DNA of 32,000 bases, taken from Synechococcus elongatus PCC 6301. Lineage in GTDB: Bacteria > Cyanobacteriota > Cyanobacteriia > Synechococcales > Synechococcaceae. The first letter of the stretch is position 1. The number at the start of each line of letters is the position of its first letter. Made by a program: the position numbers and the translations under genes. The notes beneath the pieces are model-generated. The model was not told the DNA's origin. It did not search any database and saw only the letters and a program-made list of their open reading frames with translations. Shown one piece after another: positions 8,197 through 19,293 of this stretch. Location of the stretch: the NCBI RefSeq assembly GCF_000010065.1, contig NC_006576.1:2010001-2042000 (forward strand), read 5' to 3'.

Positions 8197-8829
8197 ATGG
8201 TTGATTACGTCATTCAGGATTGGCAAGGCCAAACCGCAGGCAACATCACAGTTGAGCTGCGGGTCGCGAAGGAAGAAAGTGCTGCGGCGATCGTGCACCG
8301 CGCCTTGATTCGTCAGTTGGCCAATGCACGCCAAGGGACCCACGCCAGCAAAACTCGTTCGGAAGTTCGGGGCGGTGGTCGCAAGCCTTGGAAACAAAAA
8401 GGAACGGGTCGCGCCCGTGCCGGTTCGATTCGGTCTCCCCTCTGGCGGGGCGGCGGTGTCATCTTTGGGCCCAAACCCCGCGATTACAGCGTCAAGATGA
8501 ACCGCAAAGAGCGTCGTTTGGCGCTGCGGACTGCCCTGATCAGTCGGAGTGCGGATCTGGTGGTTGTGCAAGAGTTTGCCGACCAAATCAGCCGCCCCAA
8601 GACCAGAGATGTCGCTGAAGCCTTGACTCGTTGGGGCGTTGAGCCCGGTGTCAAGGTTCTGTTGATCACGGCCGATCGCGACCAAAACGTTGAGCTGTCG
8701 GTTCGCAACTTGCCGAATGTCAAATTGATCACGGCTACGAACCTCAACATTTTTGATCTGCTGAATGCAGATCGCATTGTCAGCACCAGTGCAGCGCTGG
8801 AGAAGATTCAGGAGGTCTACGGTGGCTGA
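8197..8829 (+). CDS. rplD: 50S ribosomal protein L4
   Basis: 210-aa ORF containing ...[37 protein letters not shown]... Confidence 0.95.
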
Positions 8830-9124
8830 AGCTAATATTCGTGCACTCGCGGATATCATCCGTCGCCCGATCATCACCGAGAAGGCAACGCGCCTACTGG
8901 AAAACAACCAGTACACCTTTGAAGTCGATCCCCGCGCGAGCAAGCCTGAAATCAAGGCTGCGATCGAAGCCCTCTTCCAAGTCAAAGTGGTGGGTTTAAG
9001 TACGCAGTTACCACCGCGGAAAGCTCGTCGTGTTGGCCGTTTTGCCGGTCACCGTGCCCAGGTCAAGCGAGCTGTTGCCCGCTTGGCTGATGGCGACAGC
9101 ATCACGCTCTTCCCCGAAGTTTGA
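8822..9124 (+). CDS. rplW: 50S ribosomal protein L23
   Basis: GTG 8822 gives a 100-aa product, [27 protein letters not shown]... It overlaps the rplD stop by 8 nt (GTGGCTGA). The track's ATG 8765 start lies inside rplD and is rejected. Confidence 0.9.
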
Positions 9125-9153
9125 GTCGTCGCAAGTAGGAAATCACCAAGATT

Positions 9154-10017
9154 ATGGGAATCCGAGCCTTTCGGCCCTACACACCGGGAACCCGCGAACG
9201 CGTCGTCTCTGACTACGCTGAAATTACGCGTAACGAGCCTGAAAAGTCGCTGCTGGTTTCCAAGCATCGGCGTAAAGGCCGCAATAACCGCGGTGTGATC
9301 ACCTGCCGTCACCGAGGCGGCGGTCATAAACGTCTCTATCGCATCATTGACTTCAAGCGGGACAAGCGAAACGTTCCCGGCAAAATCGTCTCGATTGAGT
9401 ACGATCCGAACCGGAATGCTCGTATTTCGCTGGTCTATTACGAAGATGGCGAAAAGCGCTACATCTTGACCCCTGCAGGGGTTCACGTTGGCACGCCGAT
9501 TATTGCTGGCGATGAAACGCCGATCGAAGTCGGCAACGCCATGCCCTTGCAAAACATCCCCCTGGGTACCACGGTTCACAACGTTGAACTTGTGGCTGGC
9601 AAGGGCGGACAAATTGTTCGTGCGGCGGGTGCTTCGGCTCAAGTCGTTGCGAAAGAAGGCAACTATGTAGCACTCAAGTTGCCCTCGACCGAGGTGCGCT
9701 TGGTTCGCAAAGAGTGCTACGCCACGATCGGTGCGGTTGGCAACGCCGAAGTCCGCAACACCAGCTTGGGTAAAGCGGGCCGCAAACGCTGGCTCGGTCG
9801 CCGTCCGGAAGTGCGCGGTAGCGTCATGAACCCGGTGGATCACCCCCACGGTGGTGGTGAAGGTCGGGCGCCGATCGGTCGCAGTGGCCCGGTCACCCCT
9901 TGGGGCAAGCCAGCTCTGGGTCGGAAAACACGGAAGAAGAACAAGCAGAGCGATTGCTTGATTCAGCGTCGTCGCCGCAAGTCTTCCAAACGGGGTCGCG
10001 GTGGTCGCGACGCGTAA
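9154..10017 (+). CDS. rplB: 50S ribosomal protein L2
   Basis: [14 protein letters not shown]... and ...[14 protein letters not shown]... Confidence 0.96.
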   Translation: MGIRAFRPYTPGTRERVVSDYAEITRNEPEKSLLVSKHRRKGRNNRGVITCRHRGGGHKRLYRIIDFKRDKRNVPGKIVSIEYDPNRNARISLVYYEDGEKRYILTPAGVHVGTPIIAGDETPIEVGNAMPLQNIPLGTTVHNVELVAGKGGQIVRAAGASAQVVAKEGNYVALKLPSTEVRLVRKECYATIGAVGNAEVRNTSLGKAGRKRWLGRRPEVRGSVMNPVDHPHGGGEGRAPIGRSGPVTPWGKPALGRKTRKKNKQSDCLIQRRRRKSSKRGRGGRDA

Positions 10018-10048
10018 GGCTTCTGCTATTCACGGACGGAGTTGAATT

Positions 10049-10324
10049 ATGGCTCGCTCACTCAAAAAAGGTCCTTTTGTCGCAGACCATCTGCTGCGCA
10101 AAGTCGAAAAACTGAATGCCAAAGGCGACAAGCAAGTCATCAAGACTTGGTCGCGCGCCTCAACCATTCTTCCGCAGATGATCGGTCACACCATTGCGGT
10201 GCACAACGGTCGTCAACATGTGCCGGTCTACGTGACCGAGCAGATGGTGGGTCACAAGCTGGGTGAATTCGCCCCGACCCGCACCTTCCGCGGTCATACC
10301 AAGGATAAGAAAGCCGGTCGTTGA
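10049..10324 (+). CDS. rpsS: 30S ribosomal protein S19
   Basis: [16 protein letters not shown]...[14 protein letters not shown]... Confidence 0.96.
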   Translation: MARSLKKGPFVADHLLRKVEKLNAKGDKQVIKTWSRASTILPQMIGHTIAVHNGRQHVPVYVTEQMVGHKLGEFAPTRTFRGHTKDKKAGR

Positions 10325-10342
10325 GATTTCTGAGATAGATCC

Positions 10343-10696
10343 ATGGCTGTAGATACTGCAAACGAAGTCAAGGCGATCGCCCGCTATATCCGTATGTCAC
10401 CCAGTAAGGTGCGTCGGGTGCTCGATCAGCTGCGCGGACGTTCGTACCGCGAGGCGCTGATCTTGCTGGAGTTCATGCCTTACAAGTCCTGCGAACCGAT
10501 CCTGAAGGTTCTGCGATCGGCGGTTGCCAACGCAGAGCACAATCAGGGTCTTGATCCCACCCAGTTGGTGATCAGTCAGGCCTACGCTGACATGGGCCCG
10601 TCCCTGAAGCGTTTCCGGCCTCGGGCACAAGGTCGTGCTTACCAAATCCGCAAGCAGACCTGTCACATCACGATCGCTGTGGCCCCGCAAGTCTAG
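10343..10696 (+). CDS. rplV: 50S ribosomal protein L22
   Basis: ...[25 protein letters not shown]... Confidence 0.95.
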   Translation: MAVDTANEVKAIARYIRMSPSKVRRVLDQLRGRSYREALILLEFMPYKSCEPILKVLRSAVANAEHNQGLDPTQLVISQAYADMGPSLKRFRPRAQGRAYQIRKQTCHITIAVAPQV

Positions 10697-10720
10697 GACG
10701 CGAACAGAGAGGGAATACCT

Positions 10721-11455
10721 GTGGGACAGAAAATTAATCCAGTCGGATTCCGCCTCGGCGTCACCCAAGAGCACCGCTCCCGTTGGTTCGCCGACCCCAA
10801 TCGTTATCCGCAACTGCTGCAAGAAGATAAAAAAATCCGCGACTACGTTCGCAAAAACCTGAGCAATGCTGGCATTGCCGACATTCGGGTTGAACGGAAA
10901 GCCGATCAAGTTGAGCTGGAAATTCGTACGGCTCGTCCTGGCGTGGTCGTTGGTCGTGGTGGCGCTGGGATTGACACCCTGCGTGAGGGTCTGCAAGCAC
11001 TGCTGAAAGACTCCAGTCGCCAAATTCGCATCAACGTCATCGAAGTTGAGCGGGTTGATGCCGATGCAGCCTTGCTTGGTGAGTACATCGCTCAACAGCT
11101 CGAGCGTCGGGTTGCTTTCCGCCGCTGTGTGCGTCAAGCCATTCAACGGGCTCAGCGCGCTGGCGTTCAAGGCATCAAGATTCAAGTGGCTGGCCGCTTG
11201 AATGGAGCAGAAATTGCTCGGACCGAGTGGACGCGTGAAGGTCGAGTGCCGCTGCATACGCTGCGAGCTGACATCGACTACGCCTACACCACGGCCACCA
11301 CGACCTACGGGATCTTGGGGATTAAGGTTTGGGTCTTCCGGGGTGAAATTATCCCTGGCCAAGAAGACGCAGCCCCCAGTAATGTCGGTCAGCCGCGTCG
11401 TCGCAATCAACAGCGCCGTCGCCAGCAGTTTGAAGATCGCTCTAACGAAGGTTAA
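10721..11455 (+). CDS. rpsC: 30S ribosomal protein S3
   Basis: GTG start. [23 protein letters not shown]... with a KH domain and a basic C-terminal tail. Confidence 0.95.
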
Positions 11456-11463
11456 GAGCCACC

Positions 11464-11892
11464 ATGCTCAGTCCACGTCGTACCAAATTCCGGAAGCAGC
11501 AACGTGGCCGCATGACCGGCAAAGCGACGCGCGGGAATACTCTCGCCTTCGGTAACTTCGGTCTGCAGGCGCTGGAATGCTCCTGGATCACGGCTCGCCA
11601 AATTGAGGCTAGCCGTCGTGCCATGACCCGCTACACCCGTCGGGGCGGCAAAATCTGGATTCGGATTTTCCCCGATAAGCCGATCACGATGCGCCCTGCA
11701 GAAACCCGGATGGGTTCTGGTAAAGGGAACCCGGAATTCTGGGTTGCAGTGGTTAAACCGGGCCGCGTCCTCTTTGAAATCGGGGGCGAGGTCGCTGAAG
11801 AGACGGCTCGTGAAGCAATGCGTCTGGCTTCGCACAAACTGCCGATCAAAACCAAGTTCATCACTCGCGATAGCGAAGCTCAGGAGGCGTAG
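11464..11892 (+). CDS. rplP: 50S ribosomal protein L16
   Basis: [17 protein letters not shown]... Confidence 0.96.
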   Translation: MLSPRRTKFRKQQRGRMTGKATRGNTLAFGNFGLQALECSWITARQIEASRRAMTRYTRRGGKIWIRIFPDKPITMRPAETRMGSGKGNPEFWVAVVKPGRVLFEIGGEVAEETAREAMRLASHKLPIKTKFITRDSEAQEA

Positions 11893-11894
11893 AG

Positions 11895-12089
11895 ATGGCT
11901 CTGCCGAAGATTGAGGACGTGCGGAATCTCAGTGACGCCGACCTTGCTGAAAAGATTGCCGAAGCCAAACGGGAACTGTTTGATCTCCGTTTTCAACGGG
12001 CCACCCGGCAGCTTGAAAAGCCCCATCTTTTCAAACACACCAAACATCGTCTGGCTCAGCTGCTCACCGTTGAACGTGAGCGCCAATAG
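11895..12089 (+). CDS. rpmC: 50S ribosomal protein L29
   Basis: 64-aa ORF, ...LSDADLAEKIAEAKRELFDLRFQ..., in the conserved position between L16 and S17. Confidence 0.9.
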   Translation: MALPKIEDVRNLSDADLAEKIAEAKRELFDLRFQRATRQLEKPHLFKHTKHRLAQLLTVERERQ

Positions 12090-12123
12090 GGTCGGAATCA
12101 TCTAAGCGAGAGTTCAGGTTGCT

Positions 12124-12372
12124 ATGGCAGTCAAAGAACGCGTGGGCGTCGTCGTTAGCGACAAGATGGATAAAACCGTCGTCGTCGCGATCGAAGACCG
12201 TACTGCCCACCCCAAGTACGGAAAGATCGTTGTTCGGACGAAGCGCTACAAGGCGCATGATGAGGACAATCGCGCCAAAACTGGCGATCGCGTCCGCATT
12301 CAGGAAACCCGTCCGCTGAGCCGCACCAAGCGCTGGACTGTGGCTGAGATTCTCGAAAGCGTCGGTGCCTGA
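12124..12372 (+). CDS. rpsQ: 30S ribosomal protein S17
   Basis: [24 protein letters not shown]...KYKAHDE... Confidence 0.94.
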   Translation: MAVKERVGVVVSDKMDKTVVVAIEDRTAHPKYGKIVVRTKRYKAHDEDNRAKTGDRVRIQETRPLSRTKRWTVAEILESVGA

Positions 12373-12383
12373 GGAAGCCATCC

Positions 12384-12749
12384 ATGATTCAGCAGGAAAC
12401 CTATCTCAACGTTGCCGATAACAGTGGCGCTCGGAAGCTAATGTGCATCCGCGTTCTGGGCAGCAACCGCCGCTATGCTGGCGTCGGCGATGTGATCATT
12501 GCCGTCGTTAAGGATGCGCTGCCCAACATGCCGGTTAAAAAATCGGACGTGGTGCGGGCCGTGGTTGTGCGGACCAAAAAAAGCTTGCGTCGCGATAGCG
12601 GCAATGTCATCCGTTTCGATGACAACGCAGCAGTGATCATCAACGCTGATGGCAACCCTCGCGGTACGCGGGTCTTTGGACCTGTGGCTCGGGAGTTGCG
12701 CGATCGCAACTTCACCAAAATTGTTTCGCTTGCTCCGGAGGTGATCTAA
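12384..12749 (+). CDS. rplN: 50S ribosomal protein L14
   Basis: [26 protein letters not shown]... Confidence 0.97.
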   Translation: MIQQETYLNVADNSGARKLMCIRVLGSNRRYAGVGDVIIAVVKDALPNMPVKKSDVVRAVVVRTKKSLRRDSGNVIRFDDNAAVIINADGNPRGTRVFGPVARELRDRNFTKIVSLAPEVI

Positions 12750-13090
12750 TGGCTGCTCAGAAGCCAGTTCGCCACAGCGTTCACGTCAAAAAAGGTGACA
12801 CCGTTCAGGTGATTGCCGGCAAAGACAAAGGCACCGTGGGCGAAGTGCTGCAGGTTTTCCCGAAAACCAGCCGTGTGTTGGTCAAAGGTGTCAACCTTCG
12901 CACCAAACACGTCAAGCCTCGCCAAGAAGGGGAGTCTGGACAAATCGTGGTTGAGGAAGCCTCGATTCATAGCTCCAATGTGCAGCTCTATTCCACTACC
13001 CAAAAAGTGGCGAGCCGAGTTGCCTACACCTTTACGGAAGACGGTCGGAAAGTGCGCAAGCTCAAAAAGACCGGCGAAATCATCGACTGA
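12749..13090 (+). CDS. rplX: 50S ribosomal protein L24
   Basis: ...[22 protein letters not shown]... (KOW motif). The ATG overlaps the rplN stop (TAATG). Confidence 0.94.
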   Translation: MAAQKPVRHSVHVKKGDTVQVIAGKDKGTVGEVLQVFPKTSRVLVKGVNLRTKHVKPRQEGESGQIVVEEASIHSSNVQLYSTTQKVASRVAYTFTEDGRKVRKLKKTGEIID

Positions 13091-13132
13091 TTCCCCAGTC
13101 CCTGACCCAGCCCAGGGAAATGAGAGTTTTCT

Positions 13133-13672
13133 ATGTCCCTCAAAACCAAGTACCGAGACATCATCGTTCCGAAATTGATGAAGGAGTTCGGCTACACGAA
13201 CATTCATCAAGTTCCCAAAGTTGTCAAAGTGACGATTAACCGAGGCCTGGGCGAAGGAGCTCAGAATGCCAAGGCGTTAGAGTCCTCCCTCGCTGAAATT
13301 GCCAAGATCGCTGGTCAAAAGCCAGTCGTGACCCGGGCGAAAAAAGCGATCGCAGGCTTCAAGATTCGTGCTGGCATGCCCGTCGGCCTGATGGTGACCC
13401 TGCGGGGCGATCGCCGTGACGCGTTCCTCGAACGGCTGATCAACCTGTCCTTGCCGCGAATTCGTGACTTTCGTGGCATCAGCCCCCGCAGCTTTGATGG
13501 GCGTGGGAACTACACCCTTGGTCTGCGTGAGCAGCTGATCTTTCCCGAGATCACTTACGACAGCATCGACCAGATCCGTGGCATGGACATCACCATTGTC
13601 ACCAGTGCCAACAGCGACGAAGAAGGCCGTGCGCTGCTGCGTGAGCTGGGCATGCCTTTCCGGGAGAACTAA
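13133..13672 (+). CDS. rplE: 50S ribosomal protein L5
   Basis: ...[15 protein letters not shown]... and ...[30 protein letters not shown]... Confidence 0.96.
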   Translation: MSLKTKYRDIIVPKLMKEFGYTNIHQVPKVVKVTINRGLGEGAQNAKALESSLAEIAKIAGQKPVVTRAKKAIAGFKIRAGMPVGLMVTLRGDRRDAFLERLINLSLPRIRDFRGISPRSFDGRGNYTLGLREQLIFPEITYDSIDQIRGMDITIVTSANSDEEGRALLRELGMPFREN

Positions 13673-13699
13673 GAGGCACTTCCAAGCGAAGAGGAAATT

Positions 13700-14101
13700 A
13701 TGGCGGTCAACGATCCGATTGCAGATATGCTGACGCGCATCCGGAATGCCAGTGAAGCGCGCCACGCGACCACCGTGGTGCCCGCATCCCGGCTTGCTCG
13801 CAGCATTGCTGAAGTGCTCAAGCGCGAAGGCTTCATTGCCGACTTTGAAGAAAGCGGCGAAGGCGTCCAACGTCACCTTGTGCTGAGCCTGAAATACAAG
13901 GGTAAAAATCAGCAGCCCATCATCAAAGCCCTCAAGCGGGTCAGCAAGCCTGGCTTGCGAGTCTATTCCAACCGTCGTGACCTACCGCGCGTTTTGGGCG
14001 GTATTGGCATCGCGATTATCTCCACTTCCCAAGGCATCATGACGGACCGAGATGCGCGCCGTCAGGGAGTGGGTGGCGAAGTGCTCTGCTACGTCTGGTA
14101 G
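13700..14101 (+). CDS. rpsH: 30S ribosomal protein S8
   Basis: [17 protein letters not shown]... It directly follows rplE, with no rpsN between them. Confidence 0.96.
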   Translation: MAVNDPIADMLTRIRNASEARHATTVVPASRLARSIAEVLKREGFIADFEESGEGVQRHLVLSLKYKGKNQQPIIKALKRVSKPGLRVYSNRRDLPRVLGGIGIAIISTSQGIMTDRDARRQGVGGEVLCYVW

Positions 14102-14137
14102 TCGGCCGGTTGTCGGAGTCCCCACAGGAGTCGTCCA

Positions 14138-14677
14138 GTGTCTCGTATTGGTAAACGTCCCATCCCTATCCCCGCAAAGGTCAGTGTCGCGATCGACGGC
14201 CGTTTGGTGTCCGTAAAAGGCCCAAAAGGTGAACTCAGTCGTGAGCTGCCTAGCGGCGTTGTCGTGACCCAAGAAGACGGCAACATTATCGTGTCGCGCG
14301 CTGACGAATCGCGCCTTGCCCGCCAACGTCATGGTCTTAGCCGGACGCTGGTTGCCAACTTGGTTGAGGGCGTTGATTCAGGCTTCCAAAAGCGCTTGGA
14401 AATCATCGGCGTTGGCTATCGGGCCCAGGTTCAAGGCACCACTTTGATCCTGAACGTTGGCTACAGCAACCCCGTGCAAATTGAACCGCCGGAAGGTATT
14501 CAGTTTGTGGTCGAGAACAACACCAACGTGGTTGTTAGCGGCATCAGCAAGGAAGTCGTGGGTAACACGGCTGCCCGTATCCGCGCCGTACGGCCCCCCG
14601 AACCCTACAAGGGCAAAGGGATTCGCTATGCAGGCGAGGTCGTCCTCCGTAAGGCTGGCAAGACAGGTAAGAAGTGA
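14138..14677 (+). CDS. rplF: 50S ribosomal protein L6
   Basis: GTG start. [16 protein letters not shown]... and ...PYKGKGIRY... Confidence 0.95.
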   Translation: MSRIGKRPIPIPAKVSVAIDGRLVSVKGPKGELSRELPSGVVVTQEDGNIIVSRADESRLARQRHGLSRTLVANLVEGVDSGFQKRLEIIGVGYRAQVQGTTLILNVGYSNPVQIEPPEGIQFVVENNTNVVVSGISKEVVGNTAARIRAVRPPEPYKGKGIRYAGEVVLRKAGKTGKK

Positions 14678-15039
14678 TGAAAGTAAGTCGTCGCGAATCC
14701 ACCCGTCGCAGACACCGCCGTGTTCGCCGCACGATTGTCGGCACGCCGGCTCGTCCGCGTCTCTCGGTATTTCGCTCCAACAACCACATTTACGCGCAAG
14801 TGATCGACGATGCTGCAGGCCACACCCTGGCAGCAGCATCCAGTCTCGATCCCGATCTGCGCCAATCATTGACGTCTGGTGGCAACCAGCAAGCTTCGGC
14901 AGCCGTAGGCAAATTAATTGCCGAACGGGCTCAAGCCAAGGGCGTTACGACTGTCGTGTTCGATCGCGGCGGCAACCTTTACCATGGTCGCGTCAAGGCT
15001 TTGGCCGAAGCGGCTCGCGAAGCTGGACTGGAGTTCTAG
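14677..15039 (+). CDS. rplR: 50S ribosomal protein L18
   Basis: [18 protein letters not shown]...[19 protein letters not shown]... ATG 14677 overlaps the rplF stop codon. GTG 14674, used by the track, is an alternative start. Confidence 0.94.
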   Translation: MKVSRRESTRRRHRRVRRTIVGTPARPRLSVFRSNNHIYAQVIDDAAGHTLAAASSLDPDLRQSLTSGGNQQASAAVGKLIAERAQAKGVTTVVFDRGGNLYHGRVKALAEAAREAGLEF

Positions 15040-15042
15040 GTG

Positions 15043-15585
15043 ATGGCTGAAGAGAAAGACAAGAAGCAGTCTTCCCGTCGGCGCAACAATCGTCGCACCG
15101 AGAAGGAAAGTGAGTGGCAAGAGCGGGTGGTTCAAATCCGTCGCGTCACCAAAGTGGTTAAGGGCGGTAAAAAGCTCAGCTTCCGAGCGATCGTGATCGT
15201 CGGTAACGAACGTGGCCAAGTCGGTGTTGGCGTTGGCAAAGCCAGCGATGTGATTGGTGCGGTGCGCAAAGGTGTGGCCGATGGCAAAAAGCATCTCGTC
15301 AATGTGCCGTTGACCCGCGATCAATCTATCCCTCACCCCAGCACAGGTGAAGGTGGCGCAGCTCAAGTTCTGATCCGTCCTGCTGCTCCTGGTACCGGTG
15401 TAATTGCCGGTGGTGCAGTCCGGACTGTTCTAGAGCTCGCTGGCGTCAAAAACGTGTTGGCGAAGCGCTTGGGTTCCAAGAGCCCGCTCAACAATGCGCG
15501 TGCTGCTCTGGAAGCCCTCTCCAGCCTGCGGACCTTCCAAGAGGTTGCTCAGTCCCGCGACATTCCGGTCGAGCAACTGTACTAG
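15043..15585 (+). CDS. rpsE: 30S ribosomal protein S5
   Basis: ...[31 protein letters not shown]... The start is ATG 15043 or the adjacent GTG 15040. Confidence 0.95.
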
Positions 15586-15622
15586 GTCGTTTTCTTTGCT
15601 CTTGGTTTCAAGGTGATGGTTC

Positions 15623-16066
15623 ATGAAACTCGATAATCTCGCTCCGCAACCGGGAGCGAAAAAGCGTAAGCGCCGAGTGGGTCGGGGCATTGCCGCTGGC
15701 CAAGGCGCAAGCTGCGGTTTCGGTATGCGCGGTCAAAAGTCGCGATCGGGTCGTCCGACTCGACCGGGCTTTGAGGGGGGGCAAATGCCCCTCTACCGCC
15801 GCGTTCCCAAGCTGAAGCACTTCCCGCTAATCAACCGCAAGTTCTATACGGTGGTCAATGTGGGTGCTCTGGCCGGTTTGGCGGCTGGAACTGAAGTGAC
15901 ACTTGAGAGCTTGATGGCTGTAGGAATTGTCACTCAGAATGACGGTCCTCTCAAAATCCTAGGCGACGGTGAACTGTCGGTGAGTCTGTCGGTGTCGGCT
16001 GCTGCATTTACGGCGACGGCACAACAGAAAATTGAAGCAGCAGGCGGTAGCATCGCGCTGGTCTAG
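15623..16066 (+). CDS. rplO: 50S ribosomal protein L15
   Basis: [28 protein letters not shown]... It directly follows rpsE, with no rpmD. Confidence 0.95.
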   Translation: MKLDNLAPQPGAKKRKRRVGRGIAAGQGASCGFGMRGQKSRSGRPTRPGFEGGQMPLYRRVPKLKHFPLINRKFYTVVNVGALAGLAAGTEVTLESLMAVGIVTQNDGPLKILGDGELSVSLSVSAAAFTATAQQKIEAAGGSIALV

Positions 16067-16109
16067 ATCAGCGATCGCAGGTTCCGTTGCCAAAAGCCAA
16101 TGCTGAATG

Positions 16110-16140
16110 GGGGCAGACACCTGCCCCTCTTCCGTTGTTT
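16110..16140 (+). terminator. Candidate weak terminator or attenuator hairpin between rplO and secY
   Basis: GGGGCAG (16110-16116), loop ACAC, CTGCCCC (16121-16127), then a T-rich but interrupted tail TCTTCCGTTGTTT. Confidence 0.3.
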
Positions 16141-16187
16141 AAGCTGGCTTTAGCTCGGGGCCTAGATGTCCCCTTTGGAGTATTGCT

Positions 16188-17507
16188 ATGGTCGTCAGTC
16201 GCGGGAAGACCCCAAACGCCCAAGAAACTTTTTTACAGATGGCCCAAGCCTCGGGACTGAGGGGGCGCATTCTGATCACGGTCGGCCTGTTAATCCTGTG
16301 TCGACTGGGCATTTTTATTCCGGTTCCCGGCATTGATCGAGTTGCCTTTAGCAACGATCTGCAGGGCAATGCAAATCTCGGCGGCGTGATTGGCTTTCTC
16401 GATATTTTTTCGGGGGGTGGTCTGTCCGCTTTGGGCGTTTTTGCCCTTGGGATTTTGCCCTACATTAATGCCTCGATCATTTTGCAGTTGCTAACTGCCG
16501 CTGTGCCGGCTCTCGAAGACCTGCAAAAAAATGAAGGTGAGGCAGGCCGCCGCAAGATCGCGCAGTTAACCCGCTACGTCTCCCTCGGCTGGGCCTTGCT
16601 CCAGAGTATTGTTATCGCCGTATGGGTGACCCGCTACGCCGTCACACCCGGACCCCTGTTCACCATTCAGACGGCTTTGGCCTTGGTGGCCGGCTCCATG
16701 TTTGTGATGTGGATCAGTGAGTTGATCACTGAGCGTGGCATTGGCAATGGGGCATCACTGCTGATCTTTCTCAACATTGTTGCGACCTTGCCGCGATCGC
16801 TGCAGCAGACCTTAGAGCTCGCCCAGAGCGGTGATCGCAGCACTGTGGGTGGGATTGTCATCCTGCTGATCGTCTTCTTGGCCACGATTGTTGGCATCGT
16901 CTTCGTCCAAGAGGGGACGCGGCGGATTCCGGTCGTCTCGGCTCGTCGGCAAGTTGGGAATCGCGTCTACAGCGAGCGCAGTAGCTATCTGCCGCTGCGC
17001 CTCAACCAAGGTGGTGTGATGCCGATCATCTTTGCCTCGGCGATTTTGGTGCTGCCCTTCTCCTTGGCTAACTTCACCAGTAACGAAGTTGTGCTGCGGA
17101 TTGCTAACTACCTCAGCCCCAATGGTCCGACCCCTTGGATTTACGCCCTTTTCTACCTTGTGTTGATTGTGGCGTTTAGCTATTTCTACTCCTCCTTGAT
17201 CCTCAACCCCGTCGACTTGGCTCAGAACCTCAAAAAAATGGGGTCGAGTATTCCTGGAGTGCGTCCTGGTCGAGCAACCAGCCAATACGTACAGGGAGTG
17301 CTCAACCGTCTGACAATCCTGGGGGCAGTGTTCCTGGGTTTGGTGGCCATCATCCCCACGGCTGTTGAAGGTGCGACTCGGATTCGGACTTTCCAAGGCT
17401 TTGGGGCAACCTCGCTGCTGATCCTGGTGGGTGTCGCGATCGATACCGCCAAGCAGGTGCAAACCTACGTGATCTCGCAGCGCTATGAAGGAATGGTGAA
17501 AGACTAG
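16188..17507 (+). CDS. secY: Preprotein translocase subunit SecY
   Basis: 439-aa ORF with 10 hydrophobic segments, ...[15 protein letters not shown]..., in the conserved position after rplO. Confidence 0.96.
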
Positions 17508-18067
17508 TGGCGCGACTGATTTTTCTGGGGCCGCCTGGGGCAGGTAAAGGGACACAAGCAGTTGTTGTCGCGGAACAGCTGCAATTGGCCCACATCTCGA
17601 CGGGTGAGCTTCTGCGGGCAGCTGTGACTGCTCAAACACCCCTAGGCATCGAAGCTAAAGGCTATATGGATCGTGGTGAGCTAGTCCCAGATTCACTAGT
17701 GCTTGGCCTCGTCCGCGATCGCCTTCAGCAACCTGATACGGCTAACGGCTGGATCTTGGATGGGTTTCCCCGTAACCGCAGTCAGGCGGAAGCCCTTAAC
17801 CTGTTGCTGACCGAGATCAATCAACAGGTTGATCGCGCCGTCAATCTCGATGTTCCCGATCCGGTAATCATCGAGCGTATGCTGGCTCGCGGCCGAGCAG
17901 ACGATACCGAATCAGTGATTCGGCGTCGGCTAGAGGTCTACCGCGAGCAAACTGCTCCGCTGATTGACTTCTTCCGCGATCGCCAGCAACTGTTAGCGAT
18001 CGATGGCAACTCAGAAGTGGCCGCAGTCACAGACCGTTTAGTCAGTGCCTTGCAGGTTGCTGCCTAA
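17507..18067 (+). CDS. adk: Adenylate kinase (short-LID form)
   Basis: GTG start overlapping the secY stop (TAGTG). It has the P-loop [14 protein letters not shown] and ...ILDGFPRN... Confidence 0.94.
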
Positions 18068-18101
18068 ACGAACCACCTCCCTACCCAGCCTTGTCGAACT
18101 G

Positions 18102-18110
18102 TGGTAGTAT
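18102..18110 (+). promoter_or_regulatory. Candidate extended -10 element (TGgTAGTAT) for an internal rpmJ-rpsM-rpsK-rpoA-rplQ promoter
   Basis: TGGTAGTAT lies 31 nt upstream of the rpmJ ATG in the adk-rpmJ spacer. No good -35 element sits at canonical spacing. Confidence 0.25.
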
Positions 18111-18140
18111 CAAAACTTTGGAGTCTTGCCGAATACTGGC

Positions 18141-18254
18141 ATGAAAGTAAGAGCTTCTGTTCGCAAAATCTGCGAAAAATGCCGCGTCATCAAACGTCGC
18201 GGTCGTGTGATGGTCATCTGTGCTAACCCCAAGCATAAGCAACGCCAAGGCTAG
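18141..18254 (+). CDS. rpmJ: 50S ribosomal protein L36
   Basis: Not in the ORF track because it is under 60 aa. Hand translation gives [37 protein letters not shown], 37 aa with the CxxC...C...H zinc-ribbon pattern. Confidence 0.93.
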   Translation: MKVRASVRKICEKCRVIKRRGRVMVICANPKHKQRQG

Positions 18255-18408
18255 GCGATCGCTCGCTCCCCGTTCGCGAGTGCCCTGCTGTTGGCTTCTG
18301 CTGTCGGAGCTTCAGACCAGACTATCCTCAGGCGATTCGCGCCTGTCAGCATCATCGAATTTTGCATTGTTTTACCTCACGAGTAGCCAAAGATAGGGAG
18401 TAGAGAGC

Positions 18409-18786
18409 GTGGCACGGATTGCTGGCGTGGATCTGCCCCGCGACAAGCGGGCTGAGATCGGCCTTACCTACATCTATGGAATTGGTCCTACCCGGGCCAA
18501 AGAAATTCTCGCCAAAACCGGCGTTAGCCCTGATACCCGCATCAAGGATCTCAACGATTCTGAAGTTGCGGCTCTGCGCCAAGTGGTCGAGAACGATTAC
18601 CAGGTCGAAGGCGATCTGCGCCGTTTGGAAGCCATGAGCATCAAGCGCCTCATGGATATTGGCACTGTTCGCGGTCGTCGCCATCGGGCTGGCTTGCCAG
18701 TGCGGGGTCAGCGGACTCGGACCAATGCTCGGACCCGCCGAGGTGCTCGTAAGACCGTCGCTGGTAAGAAGAAAGCGACCCGTTAA
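18409..18786 (+). CDS. rpsM: 30S ribosomal protein S13
   Basis: GTG start. [25 protein letters not shown]... Confidence 0.95.
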   Translation: MARIAGVDLPRDKRAEIGLTYIYGIGPTRAKEILAKTGVSPDTRIKDLNDSEVAALRQVVENDYQVEGDLRRLEAMSIKRLMDIGTVRGRRHRAGLPVRGQRTRTNARTRRGARKTVAGKKKATR

Positions 18787-18855
18787 GGTCTTTAATCGCT
18801 CTGCTGTTGAGCCTTGGGTTCATCAGCATTTTGTCTTGCTCAGACGAGGTTTACT

Positions 18856-19248
18856 ATGGCTCGACCCACTAAAAAATCGGGGCCCCGCAAACAGAAGCGC
18901 AACGTTCCTAGCGGTGTTGCCCACATCCAATCCACCTTCAATAACACGATCGTTTCGATCGCTGACCCCGCCGGTGAAGTCATCTCTTGGGCTTCCGCTG
19001 GTTCTAGCGGCTTCAAAGGCGCCAAAAAGGGGACTCCCTTTGCAGCACAAACTGCGGCTGAGGCTGCTGCCCGTCGGGCGATCGACCAAGGCATGCGCCA
19101 GCTCGAAGTGATGGTCAGTGGCCCAGGCTCGGGTCGTGAAACCGCCATCCGGGCGTTGCAAAGCGCTGGCCTAGAAATCACCCTGATTCGTGACGTCACG
19201 CCGATTCCTCACAACGGCTGCCGCCCGCCCAAACGTCGTCGCGTTTAG
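18856..19248 (+). CDS. rpsK: 30S ribosomal protein S11
   Basis: ATG 18856 gives [33 protein letters not shown]... The track's upstream extension from 18814 is not conserved-looking. Confidence 0.94.
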   Translation: MARPTKKSGPRKQKRNVPSGVAHIQSTFNNTIVSIADPAGEVISWASAGSSGFKGAKKGTPFAAQTAAEAAARRAIDQGMRQLEVMVSGPGSGRETAIRALQSAGLEITLIRDVTPIPHNGCRPPKRRRV

Positions 19249-19293
19249 ACCGCGATCGCTCCGTCTGCATTTCGAGATCCCCGAGGAACCCCT

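Noticed and set aside
8149-11410. Very long minus-strand ORFs antisense to the ribosomal protein genes (278 aa at 8149-8985, 266 aa at 9049-9849, 337 aa at 10397-11410). Similar ones lie at 13277-13876, 14378-14869 and 16812-17639.
   Set aside because: Each lies entirely opposite a gene with unmistakable ribosomal or SecY sequence. Their translations are low-complexity (R/G/A/T-rich) with no recognisable motifs. Long stop-free antisense frames are expected from the GC-biased codon usage of highly expressed genes.
18068-18140. Missing infA between adk and rpmJ, considered as a possible unannotated small ORF.
   Set aside because: The spacer is only 73 nt with no open frame. Location of infA elsewhere is normal for cyanobacteria.
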